DNA from: Minisyncoccota bacterium
GTDB lineage: Bacteria; Patescibacteriota; Minisyncoccia; Phycocordibacterales; UBA9973
NCBI GenBank assembly: GCA_942491275.1
Contig: CALNZI010000007.1
Span: 63,353-127,352, forward strand
Direction of reading: 5' to 3'
DNA: 64,000 bases
The position numbers and the translations under genes are program-made. Of the stretch, positions 62,062-64,000 are shown in pieces; positions within the stretch are counted from its first letter, which is position 1, and each line of letters starts with the position of its first letter. The notes below the pieces were generated by a model. The model ran no database searches and had not been told where the DNA came from. It was given only the letters and a program-made list of their open reading frames with translations.

Positions 62062-64000
62062 TCAGGCAGCAGCCAGATGCATGCCATCAGTGGATTGCCT
62101 CTCCAAGAACCTGCTTGAAACAGGCTCTAAATCCGTTCCTCGCGCCGCCGCAATGCATGCCACACCCATGCACTGACAGCAACAATACTGCGGCCAGCAG
62201 CCACAGCGGCCACTCGGCAGGGCACAGTTCCACTTGCGGCGCAAACTGTCTCTCTGCCGGGCATCAAGACGCCAGTATTTAAGCTTGTTGTTCGCCATGA
62301 CATTGGGCTTCACGTTGTACAGCCAGCCATGCTGCAGCACATAGTTTTTCGGGTGAAAGCCCCACAGCCACGGCGAGTCGCGGCGCAGTATCTCCAGCAT
62401 TTTGTCGATGATGGCCTGGCGTCGCGGGCTGTTTTCCATGTTCTTCATCTGCTCGAACAGCCGGTCGTATTCCGGGTTGCTGTAGTTCGCCGCATTCTCG
62501 CCGTTCTGACCTACCTTGGCCTGTGCACCGTGCAGCAGGAACAGGAAGTTTTCCGGGTCGGGGTAATCGGCGTTCCAGCCGAAATAGAACATCTGCGTAT
62601 CGCCCTTGCGGATTTTGTCCTGGAAGCGGTTGTAGTCGGTGCTGCGCACCACCGGTTGCACGTTGATCTTCGGTCGAACTGCTTGCGCAGCCAGTCGAGG
62701 CGCGCCTTGCTGCCCACGCCGGCGGAAGTGGTATCCAGGTTGATCACCAGCGGCTGGCCGGTCTGCGCATTTACGCCGTCCGGATAGCCCGCCTCGGCGA
62801 GCAGTTTTTTTGCTTCTTCGATGGACTTGCGCGGTGCGCCATCCATCCAGTCATACACCTGGCGATTGACGCCTGCTTCGCCGTCGCGGTAGCCGAAGAT
62901 GCCCGGCGGGATCGGCGACTGCGCGGCGATGCCGCGCCCGTTGGCGAAAATCGAGATGAACTCCTCGAAGTCCACCGCGATGGCAATCGCACGCCGCAGT
63001 TTGGTTGCTCGATCGCTGTTGCCGCCCACCACCGGATCCAGCCAGTTGAAGCCGGTGTACATGGTGGAAGTCGAAACAGCGGTGGACAGGCTGATGCCCT
63101 GCGCCCGCATCGCGTCGGTCACGGCGGTTTCGCCGCCGACATTGACCTGCACCGCCTGGTCGAAACTGTCCGAGCTGATGCCGGAGGCGTCGTAATAACC
63201 CTGCAAGAATTTGTTCCAGTAGGGGATGGTCTCCTTTTCCAGACTGAACACCACCCGCTCGATCAGCGGCAGCGGCCTGCCCGCATCCGCCAGCAGACCG
63301 GATTCCCTGTCGCCCGCCTCACCTTCCGCCGGATAGGTCTCGCTGTCGTAATACGGGTTGCGCGACAGCACCATGCGCTGGTTGGGATTGTTCTCGGACA
63401 GGTAATACGGCCCGCTGCCTACCGGCCACCAGTCCAGCGTCAGATTGCGTTCGCGCATCCCCGGCTGCGCGTAGAAGCGCTCGGCCTCATGCGGCATCGG
63501 CGCGAAGAACGGCATCGCCAGCCAATACATGAATTGCGGGTATTTGCCGTGCACCTCGATACGGTAAGTGTGCGCGTCGAGCACCTGCACGCCCGGCAGG
63601 GGGTGTTCGTTCAGGTCGAGAAATGCATCGGGGTTTTTCCGTGCCGCCTGCCGCAAGGTCGCCGCATAATCCTTCAGACCGACGATATATTCGCCCATCA
63701 CGCCGAAAATCGGCAGGTGCAGATGCGGGTGCGCGAGGCGCTTGATCTGGTAGGCGTAGTCCGCCGCCGTCACGGCGCGCGTGGCGCTGCGCGGGAAATC
63801 GTTCAGCGCGTGGACGCCGCGCAAATCGTCCGGCGTCAGGCGCGCGTATTCCGGCACGAACGCCGGGTGCGGCTGGTAGCGCATGCCGGGCTTGATGCGG
63901 ATTTCGTAGACGCTGAAGGCGATCTTTTCCGCCGGCGCATCGTCCGGCAAGGCGCGGCGCTCCTTGTCCAGGTAGCGCACCGTTGGCATCTGCGCCGCCG
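62062..64000 (-). CDS. ABC transporter periplasmic substrate-binding protein, family 5 (peptide/nickel-type); frameshifted near 62,650 and 5' end beyond the window
   Basis: SBP_bac_5-type segments (...VINLDTTSAGV..., QMFYFGWNADYPDPENFL) across two frames. Confidence 0.6.

Overview
The window is compositionally chimeric. Bases 1 to about 46,750 are very AT-rich (roughly 30% GC) with compact genes; the tandem VirB2/TrbC-like pilin paralogs and small genes are suggestive of, though not diagnostic for, a reduced-genome lineage such as Patescibacteria/CPR. From about 46,800 the sequence jumps abruptly to about 55% and then about 65% GC and encodes a classic proteobacterial neighbourhood (ccoI-ccoS, pepP, murU-amgK, lptD-surA-pdxA-rsmA, a sigma54 activator, an ABC substrate-binding protein). 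That high-GC part is full of single-base frameshifts. The low-GC sequence stops in the middle of a glmU-like gene, so I read the join as an assembly or contamination chimera rather than biology.

The low-GC part holds housekeeping genes and several accessory loci that look more interesting:
- Housekeeping genes: gyrA, rpsA, hisS, def-fmt, pth, lepB, hpf, gpmI, a DEAD-box helicase, mscS, and tRNA-Asn, -Glu, -Cys, -Ser and -Val.
- A defence-rich cargo (bases 1-8281) ending in a large serine recombinase that abuts tRNA-Asn. It carries a DUF3578/PD-(D/E)xK type IV-like restriction enzyme, a candidate Shedu-like nuclease, a Schlafen/AlbA_2 protein with an unknown partner, and a HicB-like ORF.
- A second element at tRNA-Glu (33.3-42.2 kb). 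It carries a large serine recombinase, a phiX gpA-like HUH rolling-circle Rep, a PIN-like zinc-ribbon protein and a type III restriction-modification system in res-then-mod order.
- A 1.1-kb module of tRNA-Cys plus a 315-aa orphan ORF, bracketed by roughly 50-bp imperfect direct repeats and followed by a perfect 19-bp hairpin.
- Three tandem 78-bp repeats, each containing a 5' fragment of tRNA-Val, immediately upstream of the intact tRNA-Val.
- An array of five VirB2/TrbC-like pilin paralogs, the last fused to a 570-aa repeat-rich extracellular domain with MopE-like Asp-rich motifs.

In the high-GC part, a PAS/sigma54 activator sits divergent from a near-consensus sigma54 promoter that drives a small secreted protein with four 'ASFERDL' repeats.
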